64,000 bases of DNA. Origin: a virus (Duplodnaviria; Caudoviricetes). Below, piece by piece: positions 57,032 through 64,000 of this stretch. The DNA lies in IMG/VR virus record IMGVR_UViG_3300032030_000056, positions 1 to 64,000 of that record. One strand, 5' to 3'. The first letter of the stretch is position 1. The number at the start of each line of letters is the position of its first letter. The notes below the pieces were generated by a model. It searched no databases, was not told where the DNA came from, and saw nothing but the letters and a program-made list of their open reading frames with translations. The translations under genes and the position numbers were made by a program.

Positions 57032-57068
57032 GAAAAACGGCTGACGGCTTTCTCAAGTGGTCAGCCGT
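57032..57068 (-). terminator. Leader terminator / attenuator upstream of ssb
   Basis: 9-bp stem with inner TT-GAGA-AA and a T-run, ~60 nt downstream of the promoter; 15-nt core identical to 59800-59814. Confidence 0.65.
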
Positions 57069-57130
57069 AACTAACAATCTAAATTTTACAAATTATGATT
57101 ACAAAATATTCGTATTATTAATACACATTG

Positions 57131-57162
57131 CAAAGTTACAAAACATTTTGCAATATAGCAAA
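57131..57162 (-). promoter_or_regulatory. Promoter with operator palindrome (one mismatch)
   Basis: TAACTTTG (57138-57131); TTGCAATATAGCAA at 57148-57161. Confidence 0.75.
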
Positions 57163-57175
57163 CAAATAAGGCAAT

Positions 57176-57700
57176 TTATTTTCGCATCTTTGCCTTAAAC
57201 TTGTAATGGTGGCAGGTTTCAGCTATATTTGATTGCATTGTTTCGATTCCGTCAAAACACGGAAAATCTGCGCAATTGTAGCAAATGCGTTTTGGCTTGT
57301 GTCCACGTCTTACTCCGTTTCTATAAGCATATAGCTTTACTGTTGCGGGAACGCAGTTGCATTTGTTAGCTATCACGTCAACAGGTAATCCTTGAGCATA
57401 CAATTCAAGCAACAATTTTTTGTTAACATACTTTTGTGGCGAAATACCCATTTTGCGCCTTTCTAAGCGTTCTTTTTTCGCTATCCTATCCCCATATCGT
57501 TGGCGGTATTTTAATTGCGTTAAAAGCCGTTTATGATGCAAATTTGGGTCGTTCATCACTTGCTTGTGCCGTTCTTTTTGGTAGGCCAATTTACAAGCCT
57601 TACATTGTGAAGAAAAGCCGTCGCCCTTATTACCATTTCGGTAAAACTCGGACAACGGCTTAACAATTCCGCACTTAGTGCAACATTTTTCACTATCCAC
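57176..57700 (-). CDS. Zn-finger plus HTH protein
   Basis: CTKCGIVKPLSEFY...CKAC; IANKCNCVPATVKLYA; CYNCADFPC. Confidence 0.65.
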   Translation of the reverse strand: MDSEKCCTKCGIVKPLSEFYRNGNKGDGFSSQCKACKLAYQKERHKQVMNDPNLHHKRLLTQLKYRQRYGDRIAKKERLERRKMGISPQKYVNKKLLLELYAQGLPVDVIANKCNCVPATVKLYAYRNGVRRGHKPKRICYNCADFPCFDGIETMQSNIAETCHHYKFKAKMRK

Positions 57701-57899
57701 TATTTGTTTCTTTCTGTTGAAATTTACTGCAATAGCCTAGTCTTTTGGCACTGTAGTAATATTGCCTTCCACGTTCACCAACCACGTCACTTATATAAAT
57801 TCTTTTCGGTCTTAGTGTGCAGACCATAACTGGTGTTTTTTGTTTGGTGTTTGTGTAGCCGAAGTCATAAAATTCACAATCAGCGCAATGATTCATCAT
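57693..57899 (-). CDS. Small Cys-containing hypothetical protein
   Basis: CADC...C...C pattern, 68 aa. Confidence 0.55.
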   Translation of the reverse strand: MMNHCADCEFYDFGYTNTKQKTPVMVCTLRPKRIYISDVVGERGRQYYYSAKRLGYCSKFQQKETNSG

Positions 57900-57904
57900 A
57901 GTTA

Positions 57905-58786
57905 TTACATAGCCAAACGGAAACCTATGCTGTCTAACTTATAGGTCGGTGTCGCAGGGTAGCGATAACCGCAACGGCAATTCTTTGCCGCATCGCCAAA
58001 ACCTCCGTTTCGGTAAGTTCTGTAGGTTCCAGTAACATTACCTTGAGGGTCGGTTTGTTGTTCAGATGGATATGCGGCATAGTAGTCACTTACCCATTCG
58101 GAAACATTTCCAGACATATCATACAATCCCAATTCGTTGGCTTTTTTCTGCGCAACGGCTTTTGTCGTTCCACCGCTATTGGATGTGTACCAAGCGACTT
58201 CCTTAGGTGTATTGCTACCCGCAAAAATAGTGCCTTTACTCTTGTTGCCGCCACGGGATGCAAATTCCCACTCTGCCTCGGTAGGCAAGCGGAATGTTTC
58301 GCCAGTCAACTCGTTCAACTTTTCAATGAAAGATTGACAATCATTCCAAGACACTCTTTCTACTGGGTTGTTCGCATTACCCTTGAACTTACTCGGGTTA
58401 TTACCCATAATTGCTTCCCATAAGGCTTGCGTGACTTGCGTTTCACAAATCCAAAATGGCTTAGTGATATGTACAACGTGTTGAGGTCTTTCGTTAGTAC
58501 CAGAGCCAGTTTCGGTTGGAGGTGTACCCATCGTGAAAGTACCTCCATCAATTTTTCGCATCTTGAATGTCACGTCTTTGACAGTAAACACCTCATCCTC
58601 ATCATTAGGCTTTGGATTAAGCATTTCGTCAATCGTGTCAACCAAATCATTGATGTCAACATTGCCATCATCGTTTGCATCAAACCGAGGGTCTTTGTTC
58701 CCTTGAAGCAAAGCATCGCTAATTTCGTTGGCATCTTTCATGTTGACAGTGCCATCTCCATTAACATCATACTTGTTGTTATTCAT
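57905..58786 (-). CDS. Dockerin-like domain fused to an FGE/SUMF1 (C-lectin fold) domain
   Basis: YDVNGDGTVNMKD and FDANDDGNVDIND EF-hand pair; GGTFTMGT, ETQVTQALW, PVERVSWND, RLPTEAEWEFA, GLYDMSGNVSEW, IGFRL. Confidence 0.9.
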   Translation of the reverse strand: MNNNKYDVNGDGTVNMKDANEISDALLQGNKDPRFDANDDGNVDINDLVDTIDEMLNPKPNDEDEVFTVKDVTFKMRKIDGGTFTMGTPPTETGSGTNERPQHVVHITKPFWICETQVTQALWEAIMGNNPSKFKGNANNPVERVSWNDCQSFIEKLNELTGETFRLPTEAEWEFASRGGNKSKGTIFAGSNTPKEVAWYTSNSGGTTKAVAQKKANELGLYDMSGNVSEWVSDYYAAYPSEQQTDPQGNVTGTYRTYRNGGFGDAAKNCRCGYRYPATPTYKLDSIGFRLAM

Positions 58787-58938
58787 AGTCGTTATTGTGT
58801 TGAAAATGAAAAAAGTTGTCAGCTAGTTCCTAACCATCATACCCTACTTATGAGGGCTTAACCAGTTGGCGGCTTGGCTGAATGTTCCATCATGCTTATG
58901 AAAAAACTTCCATCTTATGGGCTTCCCCATTTTTTGTT

Positions 58939-59026
58939 TGGTGACGAGGTTGGAGTTGAACCAACGATGAATGCTGGTCGGTGTGAAAACCGACAATGGC
59001 ATTTTACCCATTTTGGCTATCTCGTC
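58939..59026 (-). tRNA. Aberrant tRNA-like gene with encoded CCA; identity unresolved
   Basis: Acceptor GACGAG/CTCGTC-A-CCA, perfect T-arm GTTGG-TTCAACT-CCAAC, anticodon arm GTCGG-TTTTCACA-CCGAC (8-nt loop), weak D-arm, long variable region. Confidence 0.55.
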
Positions 59027-59166
59027 ATTTTTTTTAAAACCCTGTCATGCATCACTGCGGAACAGGGTGCAAGAATTCATTAGTCACTTTTTTAATAGTC
59101 AAACATTCAATCCTTTAAACACTAATTAACTAATATCCATTCATCTTATGAAAAACTTTTACCGAG

Positions 59167-59241
59167 TCGGAGATGATGGACTCGAACCACCAACCCCTTG
59201 CAAATCATAGCAAGTGCTCTTTCCAAGCGAGCTAACCTCCG
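59167..59241 (-). tRNA. tRNA-like gene with an 8-nt anticodon loop (TATGATTT)
   Basis: Acceptor CGGAGGT/ATCTCCG, D-arm GCTC/GAGC, anticodon stem CTTGC/GCAAG, T-arm GGTGG-TTCGAGT-CCATC. Confidence 0.75.
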
Positions 59242-59612
59242 ATTTGTCCCCTTTTTTATGCCTCACGGCACATTAGGGAACTTGTATTAAAGAAAATCAA
59301 TGCTGATTTTTATTCGGCACACCTTAGCATCCATCTTGCTGTTAAACAGGGTGAGAGTATTGCTAATTGTGTACTAGTCTTACGGACACGTCCGTAGGGG
59401 TCTTCCGTGTGTCGCTCACACTCCCTTAGTTAACCCAAACTAACTCTGCGTTTATTTAAATGTCCGCAACTCGACATCTTTGCTTTTAGAAACCTTGCGT
59501 GTTTCACAACAAGCAAGGAAAATATTCATTCATAAACAATGTAAATAAAAGAGCCTACAGTTTTTAAGGTTTGCTTTACTTATATACTTTACTAATTATG
59601 GCAAATAGTATC

Positions 59613-59640
59613 TTGTGACTGCTGAGGGACTCGAACCCTT
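59613..59640 (-). pseudogene. Orphan tRNA 3' half (T-arm and acceptor strand)
   Basis: AGGG-TTCGAGT-CCCT-CAGCAGTCAC with no matching 5' half upstream. Confidence 0.35.
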
Positions 59641-59784
59641 ACCAAGTGATTATCCAATTATATATTAACTAAAAAAATCTATCAACGCTTATGAAAAAAA
59701 TCTGAGACACCTTGAAGCTACTTTCCGTGAATGGATATTTTCCAATGACGCACCATTCACCATGCGTCCAGCAGTCGTGTTATA

Positions 59785-59823
59785 AATAAAAATGGCGGGC
59801 GGCTTTCTCAAGTGACCCGCCAT
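59785..59823 (-). terminator. Leader terminator / attenuator, second copy
   Basis: ATGGCGGG/CCCGCCAT stem, same CACTTGAGAAAGCCG core as at 57045-57059, then a T-rich tail. Confidence 0.65.
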
Positions 59824-59958
59824 CCAACTTTTTATAAACAATCTAAAACTCCAATTCATGTTGTGTTCAGGCACGTTTCCTATATCAAATCACAAATGGA
59901 TAGAATTTTCAGCAATAAGTGTCAATATGTCAAAGAGCGTACCGATAGAATCGCACAA

Positions 59959-59990
59959 CAAAGGTAATACCAATATTGCAATATTGCAAA
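59959..59990 (-). promoter_or_regulatory. Promoter with operator palindrome
   Basis: TACCTTTG (59966-59959); TTGCAATATTGCAA at 59976-59989. Confidence 0.8.
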
Positions 59991-60022
59991 TTTATTGTGC
60001 GATTTTTTTTGAAAAAGTTTTA

Positions 60023-60199
60023 TTATCGTTCAGATTTGGTCTTTACAGAACCCAAATACCAAGCCGTATGCTTACGTTGCCACTCTTCCTTATCACGTCT
60101 TTTCTTTGCATCTTCATCATCCAAATAGTTACCGCCTCCGTTGATGTGCAACGGAACAGTATAGTCTGGTTCAACCCTTTTTCTCTTGTTTCTTTCCAT
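60023..60199 (-). CDS. Hypothetical protein
   Basis: Start placed at MERNK. Confidence 0.45.
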   Translation of the reverse strand: MERNKRKRVEPDYTVPLHINGGGNYLDDEDAKKRRDKEEWQRKHTAWYLGSVKTKSER

Positions 60200-60563
60200 T
60201 TGCTTTATTGTTTTTATTAGATTTGTGTGTTTCAGTCCAACGTACACGATTGTCATTTATTTCATCGAATTTTCTATTTAATTCTTGACAAGTCCTATAT
60301 TCCTTTCTTGCATCGTATTTCATCTTTCTATTGATGATTGGTTGTGCAATCGTTTCAAGTAAAGAGTTGGACTTATCCAATTTGTTCTCGATTTCACCGA
60401 ATTGAACAACATCAAACTGGTGTGCATCCACTTGGTTTTTACAAGTGATGTTAAACCAATCCTTCATACCTTTGAAGCCTTGATATACGCACCAACATAG
60501 CCAAATCAAAGCTATTGCGATAACAATCAATGTGGTTAAAATGGCAGCTTCCATAATCATCAC
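60171..60563 (-). CDS. Hypothetical protein with N-terminal TM helix
   Basis: AAILTTLIVIAIALIWLCWCVY. Confidence 0.6.
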   Translation of the reverse strand: MMIMEAAILTTLIVIAIALIWLCWCVYQGFKGMKDWFNITCKNQVDAHQFDVVQFGEIENKLDKSNSLLETIAQPIINRKMKYDARKEYRTCQELNRKFDEINDNRVRWTETHKSNKNNKANGKKQEKKG

Positions 60564-60850
60564 TTACTTACATAGGTTATTGTTGTTTTTTCGATGTATT
60601 CACCTGCCCCGCAAATCGCACCAATATCTTTCCATGATTGCATTTCGCTGAAAGACTGGTATGCGCCACGGATGCCGACAAAGCCATCCTCGCATTTATA
60701 CACATCTACTGCGGTGCTATACCAACTATGTTCGTTTAATTCAAGACCGATGGCTACTTTTTCGACATTAGTTGGGATAACATCCTCTACTTCATAAAGG
60801 CTATAAAACTTGCCTCCGTTTACCAACTTAATCAATTCTTGTACTTTCAT
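60560..60850 (-). CDS. Hypothetical protein
   Basis: 96 aa; 4-nt overlap with its neighbour. Confidence 0.7.
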   Translation of the reverse strand: MKVQELIKLVNGGKFYSLYEVEDVIPTNVEKVAIGLELNEHSWYSTAVDVYKCEDGFVGIRGAYQSFSEMQSWKDIGAICGAGEYIEKTTITYVSK

Positions 60851-60866
60851 TGTTTGTTATTGTTTT

Positions 60867-61061
60867 TTAGTTGTTCGTTTTTTTTACTTCATTATAACAC
60901 TTAATAAGATATGCGGTACAAAAGCAGATAACTGTTCCTGTTGCTGTATATGATATGTCAATCGTGCGATTAGCTATTATAGAATATAGCATATCAGCAA
61001 TTTCCACATATCCATCTATAATACCTAATAGGTATAGGAATTTCTCCTCTTTTAGTGTCAT
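60867..61061 (-). CDS. Small membrane-associated hypothetical protein
   Basis: 64 aa; coupled overlap. Confidence 0.5.
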   Translation of the reverse strand: MTLKEEKFLYLLGIIDGYVEIADMLYSIIANRTIDISYTATGTVICFCTAYLIKCYNEVKKTNN

Positions 61062-61471
61062 TTGATATTGGTTGTGTCTTTGTCACATTCCATTTCCTCA
61101 TCTAGCCACCTATCAATAGCAATAATAGCTTTGTTAGGTAATTCTCTTGCCGTTTTATTGCTTTTGATATATTCAACAGTATTACTGATACCATATATCA
61201 TGTAACCCTGCTTTGTACTTGGTAAGAACGTGGCAATGATTAAACAAACAATACCTACACGAACAAACGGCTTTGAGATTTTAATTACCATGTTGTTGGT
61301 TCTCAAGCATTCCATGTCATAACTAGATGTGGTGTCTTCTTCAATACCTGCGTTCAAACAAACGCAGATAATCCAAGCTACAGCGGCCACAATGCCTAAG
61401 ATAGAAAACACGATACTTACACCAATAATGCTGTCAAAAATCGAAATAAAATACAAATCAAATCCAATCAT
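61058..61471 (-). CDS. Two-TM membrane protein
   Basis: Two hydrophobic segments, then FLPSTKQGYMIYG. Confidence 0.7.
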   Translation of the reverse strand: MIGFDLYFISIFDSIIGVSIVFSILGIVAAVAWIICVCLNAGIEEDTTSSYDMECLRTNNMVIKISKPFVRVGIVCLIIATFLPSTKQGYMIYGISNTVEYIKSNKTARELPNKAIIAIDRWLDEEMECDKDTTNIK

Positions 61472-61497
61472 AGTTTTTAATATTTAGTGGTTAATAA

Positions 61498-61887
61498 TTA
61501 AAGTTCAATCTCTTTATCTATGCCTCGCTCCCTCAGCAGGTGTTGCAGGGTGTGGACATATAACATCCCAGGTTTGTACGAAATTTGAATTGAAAATGCT
61601 CCGTGGCGATGTAAGTCAACTACTGTTTCTCGATAGTGAAACCCAATCCTAACGTGTGTATTACACTTATCTTCTGGAATAAAATAGGACTCACCATAGG
61701 TGTGAAACCCGTTCTTCACCAAGATTTCCTCGGTGATGGGAATTGGGGACAACTTATCAACGCCAATACCGCCAAAACCGCCTTTTTCGGAATAGCTAAT
61801 ACTTCCGTTGAAACCTATTGCATCAACACGCACAGGTCGCCTGTTCAGATACAAAAGGTCGCCAATCATTAACTCGCTCGTTTTCAT
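61498..61887 (-). CDS. Hypothetical protein, paralog of 61884-62297
   Basis: ELMIGD...PIPITEEILVKNGF...VHTLQHLLR. Confidence 0.75.
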   Translation of the reverse strand: MKTSELMIGDLLYLNRRPVRVDAIGFNGSISYSEKGGFGGIGVDKLSPIPITEEILVKNGFHTYGESYFIPEDKCNTHVRIGFHYRETVVDLHRHGAFSIQISYKPGMLYVHTLQHLLRERGIDKEIEL

Positions 61888-62297
61888 AGCTGCACCTCCT
61901 TTTTAATGCCAACAAGCCGCAACAGGTGTTGCAACTCATGGACGTAATGGATAGAGACTGTTGCATCAAGGTCTCTTTCCATAAGGTCACTATTATGTTT
62001 GGTAATTCTAACATAATCAATCGTCCCTCCACAACCAAGTTGGACATAAATTTTGAAACCATCATCTGTTGTGGTTTCACAGTAATGCCATCTTGGGCTT
62101 CTATAGAACACGTTCTCCACCAAGATGTCCTCGGTGAGAGGAATAGGGTCGATGCGGTCAAGACCATCATCGCTACACCAGTAGATTTTGTAATCGGGGT
62201 CAAATACTCCAATCTCATCAGCGTGGATTGCTCCAACTTTGAGGTTGAGTCCGTTGACGCTCACCCAATCCCCGACCATTAAATCAGTCACTCTCAT
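61884..62297 (-). CDS. Hypothetical protein, paralog of 61498-61887
   Basis: DLMVGD...PIPLTEDILVENVF...VHELQHLLR. Confidence 0.75.
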   Translation of the reverse strand: MRVTDLMVGDWVSVNGLNLKVGAIHADEIGVFDPDYKIYWCSDDGLDRIDPIPLTEDILVENVFYRSPRWHYCETTTDDGFKIYVQLGCGGTIDYVRITKHNSDLMERDLDATVSIHYVHELQHLLRLVGIKKEVQL

Positions 62298-62611
62298 TGT
62301 TCGCCTCCTTTCTTGACTGGCGGTTGAGGGAGCGGCATCCAGTGGGTGATATCAAACGGATCTCCCCACATATCTGTCCACGTTTTGGCATCGAAGTTAT
62401 ATCGAAATTCTCCAGATGTCAATCCATCAGTAGCCCACACGCTGATAGACTGTTGCGTTTTACCATTTTCTTTCGGCAGTTCATCCTCCACGCTCACCCA
62501 TGCGGGGTGGGAGTCTGCCCACTTTGCGCCGTCAATAAAGTGGATGCGCTCATCTGGATATTTATAGCGGGCAGCATCACGAATTTGTTGCAGTCGTTTC
62601 TCGTTGCTCAT
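62294..62611 (-). CDS. DUF551-like protein
   Basis: WVSVEDELP...ITHWMPLPQPP. Confidence 0.75.
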   Translation of the reverse strand: MSNEKRLQQIRDAARYKYPDERIHFIDGAKWADSHPAWVSVEDELPKENGKTQQSISVWATDGLTSGEFRYNFDAKTWTDMWGDPFDITHWMPLPQPPVKKGGEQ

Positions 62612-62613
62612 AA

Positions 62614-63063
62614 TCAGTCCTCCTTGTTAGTTGTTTCACACGTTGGATTAAAAGGCGGTTGGAATGGACTTTCCACAATAGGGTGTGTAAGCCTATAAAA
62701 TATCTCGCTTCTTTGTTCATCAGTCAATGCTCCCCAATTTATGTCTTGCGTCAGACAATTTTCTAGTCTTTTCAGCATTCCGATGATTGAGGTGATGTCG
62801 CAAGCCCAGGCGTTTTCAAGATTGTCAGCCTTTTGCCTTAGATGTTTTGCCCAAGGAATAAATCCGTCAATCTTGGCATTAGTCTTACCGACCTCTACCT
62901 TGATGCCATACAATTGGCTGACCACATTGTCAAAGTGCGACCAAGTTGACTTGTGCTGTTCTGCGATGTGGTCAAGTTTCTTGCCTACTACAAGCAGACC
63001 TAATGCAAGGATAATCTCAACGGCAATAACCGCTAATAATATTAATGTTTCAAATGTTGCCAT
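62614..63063 (-). CDS. Hypothetical protein with N-terminal TM helix
   Basis: LILLAVIAVEIILALGLLVV. Confidence 0.65.
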   Translation of the reverse strand: MATFETLILLAVIAVEIILALGLLVVGKKLDHIAEQHKSTWSHFDNVVSQLYGIKVEVGKTNAKIDGFIPWAKHLRQKADNLENAWACDITSIIGMLKRLENCLTQDINWGALTDEQRSEIFYRLTHPIVESPFQPPFNPTCETTNKED

Positions 63064-63172
63064 AATCAGTCCTCCTTGATTTTTATGGTGTCACCAAGTG
63101 ATTTGCCCTTATAATGCTTATTGAACCACTCGCTTTCACCTATGCGTTTGTATCGTTCTTTATAGTCCATAA

Positions 63173-63529
63173 TCACTCAATCATTAGCCCTTTTCTTAGC
63201 TCAAAATCAAAACAAACCAACTTACAAGCCGTTTCAGGACTCATGCTTTGTGCTGTTTCACAAGTATCTTCATCATATTTGTCGCAGATAAGACAACACT
63301 TCCTTACAAGACAATCCTTGCGCCTTAATCGGTTTTCTTGTATTCTTGGTGTAGTGTGTCTTTGGTTAATCTTATTTAAGCCAAGACTATCTGCCCACCT
63401 TGAAACTGTACGCACACTGATATTCAGTTGTCTTGCGCATTCATCAATAGTACATTGCTCATAGTTGGCAAGCATCCAATCTATGTCCTCTTGCCGCATT
63501 GTTCTAACTCTGCCCATATCAACAATCAA
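63173..63529 (-). CDS. HTH plus Cys-rich hypothetical regulator
   Basis: TIDECARQLNISVRTVSRWADSLGL; CLIC...C...C. Confidence 0.65.
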   Translation of the reverse strand: MIVDMGRVRTMRQEDIDWMLANYEQCTIDECARQLNISVRTVSRWADSLGLNKINQRHTTPRIQENRLRRKDCLVRKCCLICDKYDEDTCETAQSMSPETACKLVCFDFELRKGLMIE

Positions 63530-63734
63530 TTATTACTTTACACGAAAGGTCAACTATGTATTGGCTTAAATACTCAAGTGCATCTTTTCTATCCAACGCA
63601 GACCTGCATATTTCCCACTTTTTGAATAGCGGAAATACACCTACCTTGTGGTATATGTCATACACTAATGGCTCTGTACCTTCTTGGTATTGCCCTCTTG
63701 CAAATCGTCTTACTACTTTAATTTTCATAGTCAT
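63519..63734 (-). CDS. Hypothetical protein
   Basis: 71 aa; coupled overlaps. Confidence 0.55.
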   Translation of the reverse strand: MTMKIKVVRRFARGQYQEGTEPLVYDIYHKVGVFPLFKKWEICRSALDRKDALEYLSQYIVDLSCKVIIDC

Positions 63735-63988
63735 TCCTCCATTCTCTTAAAAATTTTATCAACTAAACTTTCAGTTGTCACACCATCATCAAATTCAGCA
63801 ACATTAAAGTCGAGTTCAAAACCAAGTACCTCACCTAATCTTTTCTTGGCATACTGGTAGCCGTGTTCTGCACCTTGATAATGAGCCTCTCCTATCTCTT
63901 TGAGGGTATAAGGGTCATTAACACCAAAGGACTTGCGCCCCTCAACATACTTGTCTGATTGTGTATTGAAATCTTCTTGTCTGCTCAT
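63731..63988 (-). CDS. Hypothetical protein
   Basis: 85-aa ORF at the window end. Confidence 0.6.
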   Translation of the reverse strand: MSRQEDFNTQSDKYVEGRKSFGVNDPYTLKEIGEAHYQGAEHGYQYAKKRLGEVLGFELDFNVAEFDDGVTTESLVDKIFKRMEE

Positions 63989-64000
63989 ATCAAAACAAGT

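Noticed and set aside
57905-58030. Diversity-generating retroelement variable region in the FGE domain
   Set aside because: I found no second copy (template repeat) and no reverse transcriptase in the window. It cannot be excluded outside the window.
59245-59520. Self-cleaving ribozyme (hammerhead, pistol, twister)
   Set aside because: I could not find the conserved catalytic cores by eye; left as generic structured RNA pending cmscan.
59613-59640. attP site formed by a tRNA 3' end
   Set aside because: No integrase is in the window and the host tRNA match cannot be checked. Kept only as a low-confidence remnant.
58874-59874. ORFs 58874-59083 (+) and 59689-59874 (-)
   Set aside because: The first is the antisense reading of a tRNA-like gene; the second overlaps a terminator hairpin and has no coding hallmarks.

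Overview
This is about 64 kb of a tailed dsDNA phage with siphovirus-type genes (tape measure, tail tube, frameshifted tail chaperone). The host is very probably in Bacteroidota, Prevotella-like: repeated TAnnTTTG/-33 TTTG promoters, a Prevotella-style dockerin protein and a DUF3127-type SSB point that way. Layout: (1) 1-600, a GC-rich 29/30-bp tandem array, a G-quadruplex motif and a copy of a dispersed ~95-bp element, possibly the genome end. (2) 1.8-33.7 kb, virion genes split into two divergent arms from a bidirectional promoter at 16.24-16.40 kb (left arm: scaffold, capsid, neck, tail tube, TAC, TMP, HNH; right arm: TerL, portal, giant tail protein, five accessory/receptor-binding proteins). 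(3) 33.7-35.5 kb, lysis genes. (4) 35.8-38.9 kb, a self-contained six-gene operon of unknown function. (5) 39-57.9 kb, minus-strand replication/recombination genes (RuvC-like, beta-clamp, AEP primase-SF4 helicase, initiator with iterons, RecT, exonuclease, SSBs) with an embedded AT-rich 7-deazaguanine DNA-modification cluster (folE queE queD queC queF-like dpdA), flanked by an MTase-like and a ParB-like gene that both carry a clamp-binding motif. (6) 57.9-60 kb, a dockerin-FGE gene and about 1.1 kb of non-coding DNA with aberrant tRNA-like genes. (7) 60-64 kb, small early genes. No integrase, DNA polymerase, reverse transcriptase or CRISPR array is visible in the window. All protein calls come from motif recognition by eye; no database searches were run.
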